64,000 bases of DNA from Candidatus Multivoradales bacterium. GTDB taxonomy: Bacteria; Acidobacteriota; Thermoanaerobaculia; Multivoradales; Multivoraceae. The stretch spans positions 2,304,001-2,368,000 of the forward strand of contig CBDCWI010000002.1 in the NCBI GenBank assembly GCA_965223325.1, given 5' to 3'. The notes beneath the pieces were generated by a model. That model was not told the origin of the DNA. It searched no databases and saw nothing but the letters and a program-made list of their open reading frames with translations. The first letter of the stretch is position 1; each line of letters begins with the position of its first letter. The translations under genes and the position numbers were made by a program. This document shows, piece by piece, positions 19,793-29,475 of this stretch.

Positions 19793-20445
19793 CGTCGCCT
19801 CCTTCATTTGGACAGGGACACAACAGGCGGGCTGCTGAACGCAGGTGCCCGCCCCGATTCGCTGCCAGTCACCAATGGTTGGAGACCGCAACACAGACGT
19901 TCGCGCACACCGAGACCTGACTTCGGGCACCAACCGGCACTCTCGAAATCTGTTCTTGCTCTGGAGTGGTGCTCGTCTCGCACGTTGCAGCCTCAATTTC
20001 CCGACCAGGGTCGGGGCAATTCTCGGGACTGACTCTCCAGACAAAAAAAAACGCGAGGCGGCGGTTCGAGCACTGCTGTTTGGCAGCGCGGGGCGCGGGG
20101 AGGACTGACTTCGATGAGACCCGAACTCGGCCCACGGCCATCGCTGAGAAGAGCACTCTAGTCACAGTCAGCAACATATGCAAGAAGGCCAAGAAGCGAA
20201 CCATTCAAGGGATCCACCGCAACCTGGCAACTGAGACAGTCCGGGTACTGTCGGAGCCCGAGACCAGTACCTACGCCCAACCCGGAGGGCTCTTTTCACC
20301 TTCCTGGGCTCCTTTCCCGGACTGGCGCTTTCTTGCTGGCGTCCCGCTCGATGAGCCCGCTGCATTGTCATATCTATCGACGTTGAGCTATGTTACAGCG
20401 GACTCCTACTCCACACCTCAAGGCGATTCCATTCGGGAGGATTCC

Positions 20446-21648
20446 ATGCACATGCTCCACTCCACCAACGCGTCGCTAACAGGAAGCGGCCTTCGACGGC
20501 CGCTCCTCGCAATCGTTGCGACCTTCGCAGCAATCTGGTTCACGCTCCCGGCACTTGCACAGACCGAAGCGACCAAGAGTGAATCTGCTCGCGCGCGCGG
20601 CTGGGTCTCCCATGCCGTCGACGCACAACCCATCGCTCGCGAGCGCAGCCACACGGGAGACGTGCCCCTCTGGGACCAGGGTGATTTTTCGACCACTGAC
20701 AGCAACAACATCTCGAGCTATGTCGTCGCAATGGACATCAGTTTCAGTTCCACAATTCGTTTCGACGGCTTCACGATCTGGCTGTCTGATGACGAGGTGA
20801 ACGACAACGGAGTCCTCGATAGCTTCGCGGGAACGATCTCGTGGGCATTCATGGCCGATGCCGCCGGCGAACCTGGCGATGTTGTCGTAACGGGCCACTC
20901 CGCGATGCCGGACTTGACGGACATGGGCTTTCAGGACGCCTTCGATGCCGACCTGTTCCAGCTCGATCTCGACGTTCCGGCGCTACTGCTCGATGCGGGG
21001 GACTATTGGTTTGCCATTCACGAGGGGCAGTGGGGAGACGCCGACGACGACTCCCCTGTCTGGTGGCAGCACCCGGCGACCACGGTGGGAGTTCCAGGTC
21101 GGCGCAATTTCGACGAGCAGAACCTCAATGACAATTGGGAAACTGCCGGCGACTCAGCTTTCGTTCTCTACGGCGACGGCCTCGATCAGAGCCAGAGCGC
21201 AATGAGCACCAGCGTGACAGGAACACTGGCGCAGTCTTTCAAGCCCAGCGTGCTCTCACTCTCCGGGGTCAGCCTTCTGACCGTCGGCTCGGGCACGGAG
21301 GCCGTCAGTGCCTCGGTCTGGGACGAGCTCCCCAATGACGGTGGAGTCCTGCTCGCTGAGGGCGGAGTTGCAAACGCCAGTCTGGGAGATTGGGTGGAGA
21401 TCTCCTGGCAACCCATCGATGTCGACCCTTCCGAGGATTACTTCATCGTTCTGCCCGCGCATGGGTTCTCCGTTGCAGCGCAGGACGCGAACCCCTATGC
21501 CGATGGCCAGGCCTACGAAGGTGCCGTTTACACACCGAATGCCGCCCGCGATTTGGCTTTTCGTACCTGGGCAACCTATCCGATTCCGTTCTTCGCCGAC
21601 GGTTTCGAAAGCGGTGAAACAGACCGTTGGACGAAGACGGTTCCCTGA
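20446..21648 (+). CDS. Secreted hypothetical protein with C-terminal FADGFES motif
   Basis: GGGAGG RBS, signal peptide, two beta-rich PEP-CTERM-cargo-like domains; ends IPFFADGFESGETDRWTKTVP. Confidence 0.75.
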   Translation: MHMLHSTNASLTGSGLRRPLLAIVATFAAIWFTLPALAQTEATKSESARARGWVSHAVDAQPIARERSHTGDVPLWDQGDFSTTDSNNISSYVVAMDISFSSTIRFDGFTIWLSDDEVNDNGVLDSFAGTISWAFMADAAGEPGDVVVTGHSAMPDLTDMGFQDAFDADLFQLDLDVPALLLDAGDYWFAIHEGQWGDADDDSPVWWQHPATTVGVPGRRNFDEQNLNDNWETAGDSAFVLYGDGLDQSQSAMSTSVTGTLAQSFKPSVLSLSGVSLLTVGSGTEAVSASVWDELPNDGGVLLAEGGVANASLGDWVEISWQPIDVDPSEDYFIVLPAHGFSVAAQDANPYADGQAYEGAVYTPNAARDLAFRTWATYPIPFFADGFESGETDRWTKTVP

Positions 21649-21971
21649 CCAAAGCGCTCTCGCCTGCCGCCGCCTCGGGCGACGTGTGATTCTTGCGGCG
21701 CAAACACAAATCGATCGGCAAACAGTTCAGAGAGCAATAAAGCGCTACTCGTCGCACGGAGGGAGGATTCTAAGGCCCTGTCTCGAAAAGAGTTAGGCGA
21801 AACAATGCACAGATCTTCATATCGCCGCAGCTCTCTATTCGGGGTTTCCTTGGCGCCCATAGACAACAGTGACATGATCACGCCGGTTTTGGCTCCATTG
21901 TCCTGTTAGCGACTGTTCCACCCGCCTAGCTAGAGTCTGCAGAATTCCCCCTTCAACAATAGGAGGTTCTG

Positions 21972-22880
21972 ATGACTCTCGTCCTCGAACTGCGGCGGCG
22001 ATGGCCGCTAGCCTGCGCATTGATTCCCGTTCTCGGAATCTGCGTCCTCTCCGCCCCGGCCACCGCGCAGGTCGGGCCCGGATCTGAGCTCTTCCAGATC
22101 GGCACGCCTGGTGCGGCCACGGTCGTCGGCAACGCCGACCTGCCCGGCCTCGATTGGGCCGACCTGTTCGACAAGCACGGCCGCACAACCGAATTGGCGG
22201 CCGCCGGGTCACTGGTCTTGTTCGACCAGGACTACGTCTCCAAAGGCGAGGGCTTCGAAGGCAGCGCTGCCGCCGGCCACGGCTTGTTCAACAACGGCAT
22301 CGCCGAGAGTGATCACGACCTCAGCAACGCCTACTTCTACGAGACAACGAACGCGAGTGGCGAGGCGCACCTCTTCATCGCATTCGAACGCCTGGCAACG
22401 GGCGACAGCAAGGTGTGGTTCGAGCTCAACCAGGATCGCCAGAGCATGGGGCGCGGTGGCTACACCAAGAACGTTCCATGGACGGTCGACGGTGAACGCA
22501 CTGTCGGCGACCTCGGTGTAGCTCTCGAGTTCTCCGCCAGCCACATTGCCGGAGTCCTGGTCCAGGCCTGGGACGGCTCGAGCTGGCGCACTCTCACCGA
22601 GCTCGGCGGCGAAGGTTGCGGCGACGGAGACAACTTCTGCATCGCTACCAATGTGGCCGCCATTGAGGGCGGGCCCTGGCACGTCAAAGGCAACGGCAAC
22701 GCCGGTGGCGGGAAAGGTAAGGGAAAAGGCAACGCCAACAAAGGCGATCTCGAAGCCCAGACCTTCATTGAAATGGGAGTGAACCTCGGCGCCCTTCTGG
22801 GAGCCAACCCTGAATACGCGACGGCACAGGCCTGGACGCCTCAGGACATGATGCTTTGCCACCTGTGGGGAGCACGCTGA
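21972..22880 (+). CDS. Secreted hypothetical protein
   Basis: AGGAGG RBS, signal peptide, FELNQ..RTVGDL motif, Gly/Lys patch GGGKGKGKG; stop overlaps the next start (TGATG). Confidence 0.75.
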   Translation: MTLVLELRRRWPLACALIPVLGICVLSAPATAQVGPGSELFQIGTPGAATVVGNADLPGLDWADLFDKHGRTTELAAAGSLVLFDQDYVSKGEGFEGSAAAGHGLFNNGIAESDHDLSNAYFYETTNASGEAHLFIAFERLATGDSKVWFELNQDRQSMGRGGYTKNVPWTVDGERTVGDLGVALEFSASHIAGVLVQAWDGSSWRTLTELGGEGCGDGDNFCIATNVAAIEGGPWHVKGNGNAGGGKGKGKGNANKGDLEAQTFIEMGVNLGALLGANPEYATAQAWTPQDMMLCHLWGAR

Positions 22881-25800
22881 TGAAGAACCTCACCAGTCGC
22901 TATGTAACTCCACTCATCGTTTTCACGGTTCTCGTCCTTCTCGGCTCGGGGTCACCCGTCGCCGCACAGACCTGTATCCAGGATCTTTCGGACTTCGGCC
23001 TGCAATGTACGGCCAAGGACGTCAAGGTCACCAACATCGAAACCGCCAGTGGCGAAGAGCTGGCCTGCCCAGTGGGTGAGGAGATCGAGGTCGACCTGGT
23101 CGCCACTCTGCTCGCCGGCGCGCAGGAGCGCTACGACATCGGAATCTTCGTTTCCGAGAATGAGTTCGCCAATGCCCAGGAAGGCATGTGCGGCGTCTAC
23201 ACCCTCGAACCCACAACGACAGATCCCGCCCTCGCCGGTCCGATGGGGCCCTTCCTCGAGCTCGAGACCTACCCCGACATGTGCGGGGATATCGGCGCCG
23301 AACAGACGGTCATGTACCACTTCACCGCAACGGTCTCATGCGTCGACCTCGACGACGACGGCCTGGTGGATATCGAGACCTGCCTGTCATGGGAGAACAA
23401 CAAGAAGAACGACGACGGGTGCGAAGCACCCGACCCGAATGATCTCGAGAACTTCCAAGCACTACCCGGCACGCCGTCGAAGTGCCGCTGCGAAACCGCC
23501 AACGTCGGCAACCTGGTGGTGGCACCGAAGCTCTCGGTAAAGAAGGAAATCGAGGGCAGCCCCGCATCCGTTCCCGACAACTTCACCGTGGTCGCCGACG
23601 GGCCGGATGAGACGGATCCCGATCCCGACACATCGACCCTCGACGTTCCTTCCGACGGAACACCTGTTGCAGTCCCCGACACCACCATCGGCACCTGGAC
23701 GTTGACTGAAGACGTGCCGATGGGCTGGGAGTTCAAGAGCGTCAGCTGCACCGACGGTACGACCGGCGCGGCCGGTTCGGTCAGTGTCGACCTCGACTAC
23801 GGCGACGAGGTGGTCTGCACCTTCACCAACCGGCAGCTGCCGGGCAACATCATCATCGAGAAGCAGGCCGACTTCGATCCCACGAAGTCCTTCAATTTCA
23901 CGGGCCCAGCCGATTCCTCGTTCTCTCTCCAGGACGGTGAAGACACGGGAATGCAATACGAGGGTCTCGCTGCGGCTACCTATCAGTTCTTCGAACTGGT
24001 TCCTGACGACTGGAGCCTGACAAGCATCGTCTGCACCGATGGATCGTCTACGTCAGAAGTAACGGACACCGACGGCAACCCTGGCATCAGCATCGACCTC
24101 ATGCCGGCAGAGACGGTTCGCTGCGTGTTCACCAACGAGCCCAACGACGGCACCATCAAGATCGTCAAGCACACTGGTATTGAGACCACGCAAGACTTCG
24201 TCTTCAGCGGTGTCCCGACCCCGGACGGTACCGTCACGATCAACGGCACCGATGCCAGCGGCATGAACATGACGGCGGAGATCCCGGCTTCACCGGGTTC
24301 GTACACCATTGGTGAGAACGTCACTCCTGGTTGGTCGCTCACCGGCATCGAATGTACGCCGTCGACCCTCAATGAAGAAAAGGACCTCGCGAACCGGCAG
24401 ACGACGTTTACGTTGCCGCCGGGGGTGGACGCGGTGTGCACCTTTACCAACGAGGAAGACAAGAAGGGCACCTTCAAGGTGGTCAAGAAGATCGTCGGCT
24501 ATGACCCCGGCACAGATGCCGGCGTCTTGTTCGATTTTGACGTGCCATGGTCAGACGACCCGATTCAACTCGGGCACAACAGCATGGCATCGATGGAGCT
24601 CGATCCCGGAATGGTCACCGCCGCGGAAGACGTGGTGAACATGCCGGAGGGCTTCACCTTCGTCGGTGTCCGGTGTGTGAGCGACGCTGACCCGGAAAAC
24701 CCGGAGGTGGCCACGAGCAGCGACGACGCGGAAGTCACGGTCGAGTTGATGGCCGAGGAGACCATCACCTGTACGTGGACCAACAAACGCGTCCCAGGCA
24801 CCGGCAGTATCACGGTCACCAAACAGGCCGAGGACGACTGCCATGCGATGTTCGACTTCGACGTCAGCTGGCTCGAGTCCGACAGTCCGTTCGACCTGTG
24901 GCTCATCGATGCGGATTGCCCGCCGAATGAACATCCAGCGGACATGCTGATCCACGAGAGTGGCGAGCTGGAAGCGCCGATGACCTACACCATCGAGGAA
25001 ACCTTCGTCCAGGACGGTTGGTTCCTTGCCGACATCCAGTGCACAGTCACCGGAGACGGCGGCTCGACCTGGACTCCGGACGTTACGAACCACACGGTGA
25101 GCATCGACCTCGAACCGGGTGACAACGTGCACTGCGTGTTCTACAACGAGCCCGAGGTCCCAGGCACTGGCAAGCTCACTCTCCGCAAGGCAACCTGGCC
25201 GAAGGACTGCCACGCCATGTTCGACTTCGACGTCAGCTGGCTGGACAATACGCCCTACGACCTCTGGTTGATGGAGTGGACGTGCTACGGCAACGAAGCG
25301 CCAATGTTCGAGCTGCCTGCCGGCATTGAGCACACGGTGATCGAAACCTTCATCCAGGAGGGTTGGGCCCTCGATGACATCATCTGCACGAGCGATATGC
25401 CGCCGCCACAAGTCGATATCGACGTCGCGAGCCGCACGCTCAAGGTGACCCTCAGACCCGATGAGAACGTGGTTTGCACCTTCAAGAACAAGGAGGTGAC
25501 CGATGGAACCGGCACCATCATCGTCAAGAAGGATGCACTGAAGAACTACGACGACACCCTCATGTGGGACTTCGAGCTCAGTGGTGGCGATCTTCCGGCA
25601 CCGGTTCAGACCTGGCTCGGAGACGAAGAAAGCACCACCTGGCCTGGCCTCACACCGGGCAACTACTGGCTCAAGGAGCTGTGGGGGCCAAGCGGTTGGC
25701 ACGTGCAGGAGATCGTCTGTAAAGACGAGACCGGCCAGTGGGTAGCGCATACCTATAACGGCCACATGGTCGACATCGACCTCCAGCCGGGGCAGACCAT

Positions 25801-26191
25801 CACCTGTACCTTCGTCAACGCGAAGGACAGCCACATGTACTTCTCGAAGCAGGCGACGCCTGACACGCAGGTGCCGTTCCGCTTCGTCTGGGGCAAGGTG
25901 GTCTACACCGACAGCGGCTGGTCCTATCAGTCGTACTCGTCCTTCGACATGCGTGATGGTGAGATAAAGCATCCCACCCAGAGCATGCCGAGCGGTAAGT
26001 ACTGGCTGTTCGAGTACGCCAGTAGTGGTTGGCAGGTCGACAAAGTGGTCTGTGGCGGGCAGGTGATGCCGGTCTACAGCGCCACCGCCAGAGACAGCTA
26101 CGGCAATCTCCACCCCGGCAAGTTGATCAAGTTCGACCACACCGCTGGCGAAAGCATCACTTGTACCTTCTACAACGAGCCCTGCGAGTAG
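22880..26191 (+). CDS. Secreted surface protein with 8 prealbumin-like/SpaA (CnaB-type) repeats
   Basis: Signal peptide, Cys-rich N-terminal domain, eight units of the form G.I.I.K ... W.L..I.C ... C(T/V)F.N. Confidence 0.8.
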   Translation: MKNLTSRYVTPLIVFTVLVLLGSGSPVAAQTCIQDLSDFGLQCTAKDVKVTNIETASGEELACPVGEEIEVDLVATLLAGAQERYDIGIFVSENEFANAQEGMCGVYTLEPTTTDPALAGPMGPFLELETYPDMCGDIGAEQTVMYHFTATVSCVDLDDDGLVDIETCLSWENNKKNDDGCEAPDPNDLENFQALPGTPSKCRCETANVGNLVVAPKLSVKKEIEGSPASVPDNFTVVADGPDETDPDPDTSTLDVPSDGTPVAVPDTTIGTWTLTEDVPMGWEFKSVSCTDGTTGAAGSVSVDLDYGDEVVCTFTNRQLPGNIIIEKQADFDPTKSFNFTGPADSSFSLQDGEDTGMQYEGLAAATYQFFELVPDDWSLTSIVCTDGSSTSEVTDTDGNPGISIDLMPAETVRCVFTNEPNDGTIKIVKHTGIETTQDFVFSGVPTPDGTVTINGTDASGMNMTAEIPASPGSYTIGENVTPGWSLTGIECTPSTLNEEKDLANRQTTFTLPPGVDAVCTFTNEEDKKGTFKVVKKIVGYDPGTDAGVLFDFDVPWSDDPIQLGHNSMASMELDPGMVTAAEDVVNMPEGFTFVGVRCVSDADPENPEVATSSDDAEVTVELMAEETITCTWTNKRVPGTGSITVTKQAEDDCHAMFDFDVSWLESDSPFDLWLIDADCPPNEHPADMLIHESGELEAPMTYTIEETFVQDGWFLADIQCTVTGDGGSTWTPDVTNHTVSIDLEPGDNVHCVFYNEPEVPGTGKLTLRKATWPKDCHAMFDFDVSWLDNTPYDLWLMEWTCYGNEAPMFELPAGIEHTVIETFIQEGWALDDIICTSDMPPPQVDIDVASRTLKVTLRPDENVVCTFKNKEVTDGTGTIIVKKDALKNYDDTLMWDFELSGGDLPAPVQTWLGDEESTTWPGLTPGNYWLKELWGPSGWHVQEIVCKDETGQWVAHTYNGHMVDIDLQPGQTITCTFVNAKDSHMYFSKQATPDTQVPFRFVWGKVVYTDSGWSYQSYSSFDMRDGEIKHPTQSMPSGKYWLFEYASSGWQVDKVVCGGQVMPVYSATARDSYGNLHPGKLIKFDHTAGESITCTFYNEPCE

Positions 26192-26259
26192 AGGGCCCCT
26201 GGAACAGAGCCCACGCGCCAGGTTGAGGCTTCGACGCCTTAGACCTGGGAAGTGAATCC

Positions 26260-26305
26260 GGCCGGCTGGATCCGCTACTAGCGGAAACAGCCGGCCTCTT
26301 TCTTT
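26260..26305 (+). terminator. Intrinsic terminator
   Basis: GGCCGGCTG...CAGCCGGCC stem with inner TCCGCTA/TAGCGGA, followed by TCTTTCTTT. Confidence 0.65.
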
Positions 26306-26321
26306 GCGATCTCTCCGACCG

Positions 26322-27305
26322 TCAGACGGTGCGTGTACCTGGAAGACCGACCCCGGGCGCCGGGCGCTCGCGGACGACTTCGCGCCTGAAGCGAAACAAC
26401 TCCGCCGGCCGGCCGACTCCGCTCGGAGCCATCTGGCCTGTCCCTTCGACCAATCCACCGCGCTCGACCAGCCGGCGGAAGTTCTGCTTGTGGAGGCGCA
26501 CACCCGAAAGGGCCTCCACCAGCCTCTGTAACTGCAGCAGGGTGAAGGTCTGGGGCATGAGCTCAAAGACCAGTGGGCGGTACTTGAGCTTGCCGCGCAG
26601 CCGGCTGATGGCGGTCGCCAACATGCGGCGGTGGTCGAGCGCCATGGCGGTTCCGAAGCGCGGCGTTTCTTTTGTGGTTTCGACCCGACCGGAGCGTTCG
26701 GCTTCGGCGACCAGCCCGGCCTCCCAAAGGAGCTCGTAGCGCTCGAGGCAGCGCTCCTCGTCCCACTGGCCGCTACCGTGACCGAAAGCGATCTCGACGC
26801 GCTCGCGGCGGTCACCGCTCTTGTCCTTGCCCGCCCATGCTTCGAGCGCCGGCACGATTCTCGAGTTGAGCAGTCGAGGCCGGCCACCGCGCCAGTCTTC
26901 CCACGGCAAGAAGCGATAGCAGTCACGCCAGCGGGCCGAGACACCTTCGGCCAGGGCGTGCTCATGTACCAGGGCGAGGTAGGCCAGCGAGACTTGGCGA
27001 TCGGCTTCGCCGAGCTCGGGATCGCGATCGAGATCACCAAAGGTGTATAGCTGTTCGACGTAGCCGATCTCGAGGCCCGTCTGTTCGCGCACCCAACCGC
27101 GCAAGCCCTTCTCGAGCGTCCGGTCGGCCAACGGATCGAGCGGACCGTAGGGCAAGGCCGGGTCCTCGCTTTCGTCGCCAAACGCCTTGACCTCGACGGT
27201 CAGGATTCTCGGCACCTCGTCGGTCACCGCAACGATCACCGCGTTCAAACCAACGCTGACACTGCGCCCCACATAGGCCTTTCCACCCGGAGACGGAGCG
27301 GTCAC
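26322..27305 (-). CDS. nadQ: NadQ/NrtR-family Nudix plus winged-helix NAD regulator
   Basis: GYVEQLYTFGD, FLPWEDWR, ERYELLWEAGL, DHRR.LATA..RLRGKLKYRP, FTLLQLQ, HKQNFRRL and GRPAELFRF motifs. The GTG start overlapping the lipB stop is inferred. Confidence 0.85.
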   Translation of the reverse strand: MTAPSPGGKAYVGRSVSVGLNAVIVAVTDEVPRILTVEVKAFGDESEDPALPYGPLDPLADRTLEKGLRGWVREQTGLEIGYVEQLYTFGDLDRDPELGEADRQVSLAYLALVHEHALAEGVSARWRDCYRFLPWEDWRGGRPRLLNSRIVPALEAWAGKDKSGDRRERVEIAFGHGSGQWDEERCLERYELLWEAGLVAEAERSGRVETTKETPRFGTAMALDHRRMLATAISRLRGKLKYRPLVFELMPQTFTLLQLQRLVEALSGVRLHKQNFRRLVERGGLVEGTGQMAPSGVGRPAELFRFRREVVRERPAPGVGLPGTRTV

Positions 27306-28084
27306 TGGGCGGCGCGCTTCTCTTGTCGATCCGCCAACCAGTGCTCGGTGAGATCTTCGATCGGCCGTTCTAGACGCTCCGGACTGACATGGCCGAAAGG
27401 TTCGAGGCCACGCTCGAAGACGTCGCCGAAGTGGCGCGCACACAGACCCGCAACATTTTCGACTGTCGGGCAGCGCAGTTCGTAGGGCGCCAGGCACTTT
27501 TCGACCGAGGTGATGCTCGAGCTGGTCAGGCCGCACGGCGAGATCAGATCGAAGTAGGTGAGGTCGGTATTCAGGTTGAGCGCGAAGCCATGGGTGGTTA
27601 CCCAGCGCTTCAGGTGCACGCCGATCGAGGCGATCTTCTTCTGCCCCACCCACACGCCAATGGGGCGCTGATCGTCGGAGTGCTCGGCGTGCAACTGCAG
27701 GTCAGCGAGGGTGCGAATGAGCACCGTCTCGAGGTCCCGCACGTAGCGGCGCACGTCGCGACGATCCGGCCGCAGGTCGATCACCGGATAGCCAACCAAC
27801 TGACCCGGGCCATGAAACGTCGCCTGCCCCCCTCGGTCGCTCTCGATGAGCTCAACGCCTCGGGCTTCGAGCAACTGCCTGGGAACAAGGACTCCTTCGA
27901 GGGAAGCGTTACGCCCCAGGGTGACCACCGGGGAGTGCTCGAGCAGAAGGAGAGCTCCGGGGTGGGTCCCGGCTAGGACCATTGCGCGCAGCTCTTCCTG
28001 AATACGCACAGCAACCTGGTAGCCCACCCGCCCGAGATAGACGACTCGGATGGGCGGCCTGGAGGAACGAGAGCCCGACAGCAT
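27302..28084 (-). CDS. lipB: Lipoyl(octanoyl) transferase
   Basis: LLEH.PV.TLGR, RGGQATFHGPGQLVGYP, KIASIG, THGFALN and PCG motifs. Confidence 0.95.
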   Translation of the reverse strand: MLSGSRSSRPPIRVVYLGRVGYQVAVRIQEELRAMVLAGTHPGALLLLEHSPVVTLGRNASLEGVLVPRQLLEARGVELIESDRGGQATFHGPGQLVGYPVIDLRPDRRDVRRYVRDLETVLIRTLADLQLHAEHSDDQRPIGVWVGQKKIASIGVHLKRWVTTHGFALNLNTDLTYFDLISPCGLTSSSITSVEKCLAPYELRCPTVENVAGLCARHFGDVFERGLEPFGHVSPERLERPIEDLTEHWLADRQEKRAAQ

Positions 28085-28137
28085 CCCCCGATTCTAGTCG
28101 GTCGCGGGCCTCTGCCCCCGGAACCTCCCGGAGGCGC

Positions 28138-29463
28138 TCACCCCATCGGGTCGAGCTCGGTCCACGGGTCGGTCACAAGAACCCGCTTCATCTCTACCAT
28201 GAAGCGCTCGGCGTCGGCGCCGTCGATCAACCGATGGTCGTAGCTCAAGCACAGGTAGGCCATTGGACGGATCGAGATCGAGTCGTTACCGTGCTCGTCG
28301 GTGACGACGACCGGGCGCTTCTCGATCGCACCCAGGCAGAGAATCGCGACCTGTGGCTGGTTGATGAGCGGCGTGCCGAAGAGGCTCCCGAAGACACCCG
28401 GGTTGGTGACCGTGAAGGTACCGCCCTGGATCTCTTCGGGTTTGAGCTGGCGGGCGCGGGCGCGTTCGGCCAGGTCGTTGGCGCGCTCCGCCAGGCCAAT
28501 GATGTTGAGCTGGTCGGCGTTGTGGATCACGGGAACGATCAGGCCCCAGTCGAGCGCCACCGCCATCCCGAGATGGATGTCGCGCTTGTAGATGATGTCG
28601 GTGCCTTCGATCGCGGCGTTGAATTTTGGAAACGCCTTCAAACCTTCGCAGGCGGCGCGAAAGAAGAACGGCATGTAGGTGAGTTTGGTGCCGGTCTTCT
28701 CCAGGAAACCCTTGCGCGCCCGCTGGCGTGCCGCAACGACACTCGACAGGTCGACGTCGAAGACCGTCGCGACGTGCGCCGAGGTCTGCTGGGAATACAA
28801 CATGTGCGCCGCGGTCAAACGACGAATCCGCGACATCGGCTCGCGGGTTATGACCTCGTTGGGGCCATGCGCCTTGACCGAGTACTCAAAGCCCGGCGGC
28901 AACCACGTCCCGGCAGCAGCCACTCCCGAAGCCGCTGCGGCCGGTACCGACGGAGCAGCACCTGAACGTCGCAGCTCGAGGTAGGCCTCGATATCTTTAC
29001 GGGTCACTCTGCCGTGGACACCGGTGCCAACGACCTCTGCCAGGTCGACGTTCTCCTTGGCGGCGATCTTGCGCACGACCGGACTCGACGACACCCGCAC
29101 GCGTTCTTCGAGCGTCGCGGTACCGCCGCTTGCCGAGGGTACTCCCGCGGTACCTGCTGGGTGGGGTGCTACTTCCGAGTTTGAGCGCGCCGCTGGCTTG
29201 GCAGGGGCTTTCAGAACGGCTTCACCCTCGGCACCAATCGCGCCGATCACCGTATCGACCTCGACGGTTTCCCCCTCCCCGAACTTGATCTCGAGCAAGA
29301 CCCCCGACGCCGGCGCCGGCACTTCGGCGTCGACCTTGTCGGTCGAGATCTCGAGTAGAGGCTGATCACGCTCGACCGTCTCGCCTACAGCGACCAGCCA
29401 TCTGGTGATCGTTCCTTCGGCAATCGACTCCCCCATCTGGGGCATTACGACTTCAGTAGCCAT
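28138..29463 (-). CDS. Dihydrolipoamide acyltransferase (E2, SucB-like)
   Basis: One lipoyl domain (STDKV), E3-binding domain (GTGVHGRVTRKD), GGTFTVTN and SYDHRLIDG motifs. Confidence 0.93.
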   Translation of the reverse strand: MATEVVMPQMGESIAEGTITRWLVAVGETVERDQPLLEISTDKVDAEVPAPASGVLLEIKFGEGETVEVDTVIGAIGAEGEAVLKAPAKPAARSNSEVAPHPAGTAGVPSASGGTATLEERVRVSSSPVVRKIAAKENVDLAEVVGTGVHGRVTRKDIEAYLELRRSGAAPSVPAAAASGVAAAGTWLPPGFEYSVKAHGPNEVITREPMSRIRRLTAAHMLYSQQTSAHVATVFDVDLSSVVAARQRARKGFLEKTGTKLTYMPFFFRAACEGLKAFPKFNAAIEGTDIIYKRDIHLGMAVALDWGLIVPVIHNADQLNIIGLAERANDLAERARARQLKPEEIQGGTFTVTNPGVFGSLFGTPLINQPQVAILCLGAIEKRPVVVTDEHGNDSISIRPMAYLCLSYDHRLIDGADAERFMVEMKRVLVTDPWTELDPMG

Positions 29464-29475
29464 CGTCTACTCCGA

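Noticed and set aside
20043-20092. T9 tract in the leader of the Cys-rich gene as an attenuator or riboswitch
   Set aside because: The nearest hairpin is about 18 nt from the U-tract and I recognised no aptamer motif (for example c-di-GMP); an Rfam scan would settle it.
20323-20337. Sigma54-like TGGCGCTTTCTTGCT
   Set aside because: The GG-to-GC spacing is one base short of the strict -24/-12 requirement.
19966-20445. N-terminal extensions in the ORF track (also 19793-20044, 49530-49826, 8790-9122, 10532-10831)
   Set aside because: Better starts with an RBS, signal peptide or stop-start overlap lie downstream; the extensions run through intergenic, repeat or neighbouring-gene DNA.
24551-27181. 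876-aa minus-strand ORF
   Set aside because: It is the antisense shadow of the SpaA-like gene plus an off-frame overlap with nadQ; no motifs, and typical of high-GC DNA.
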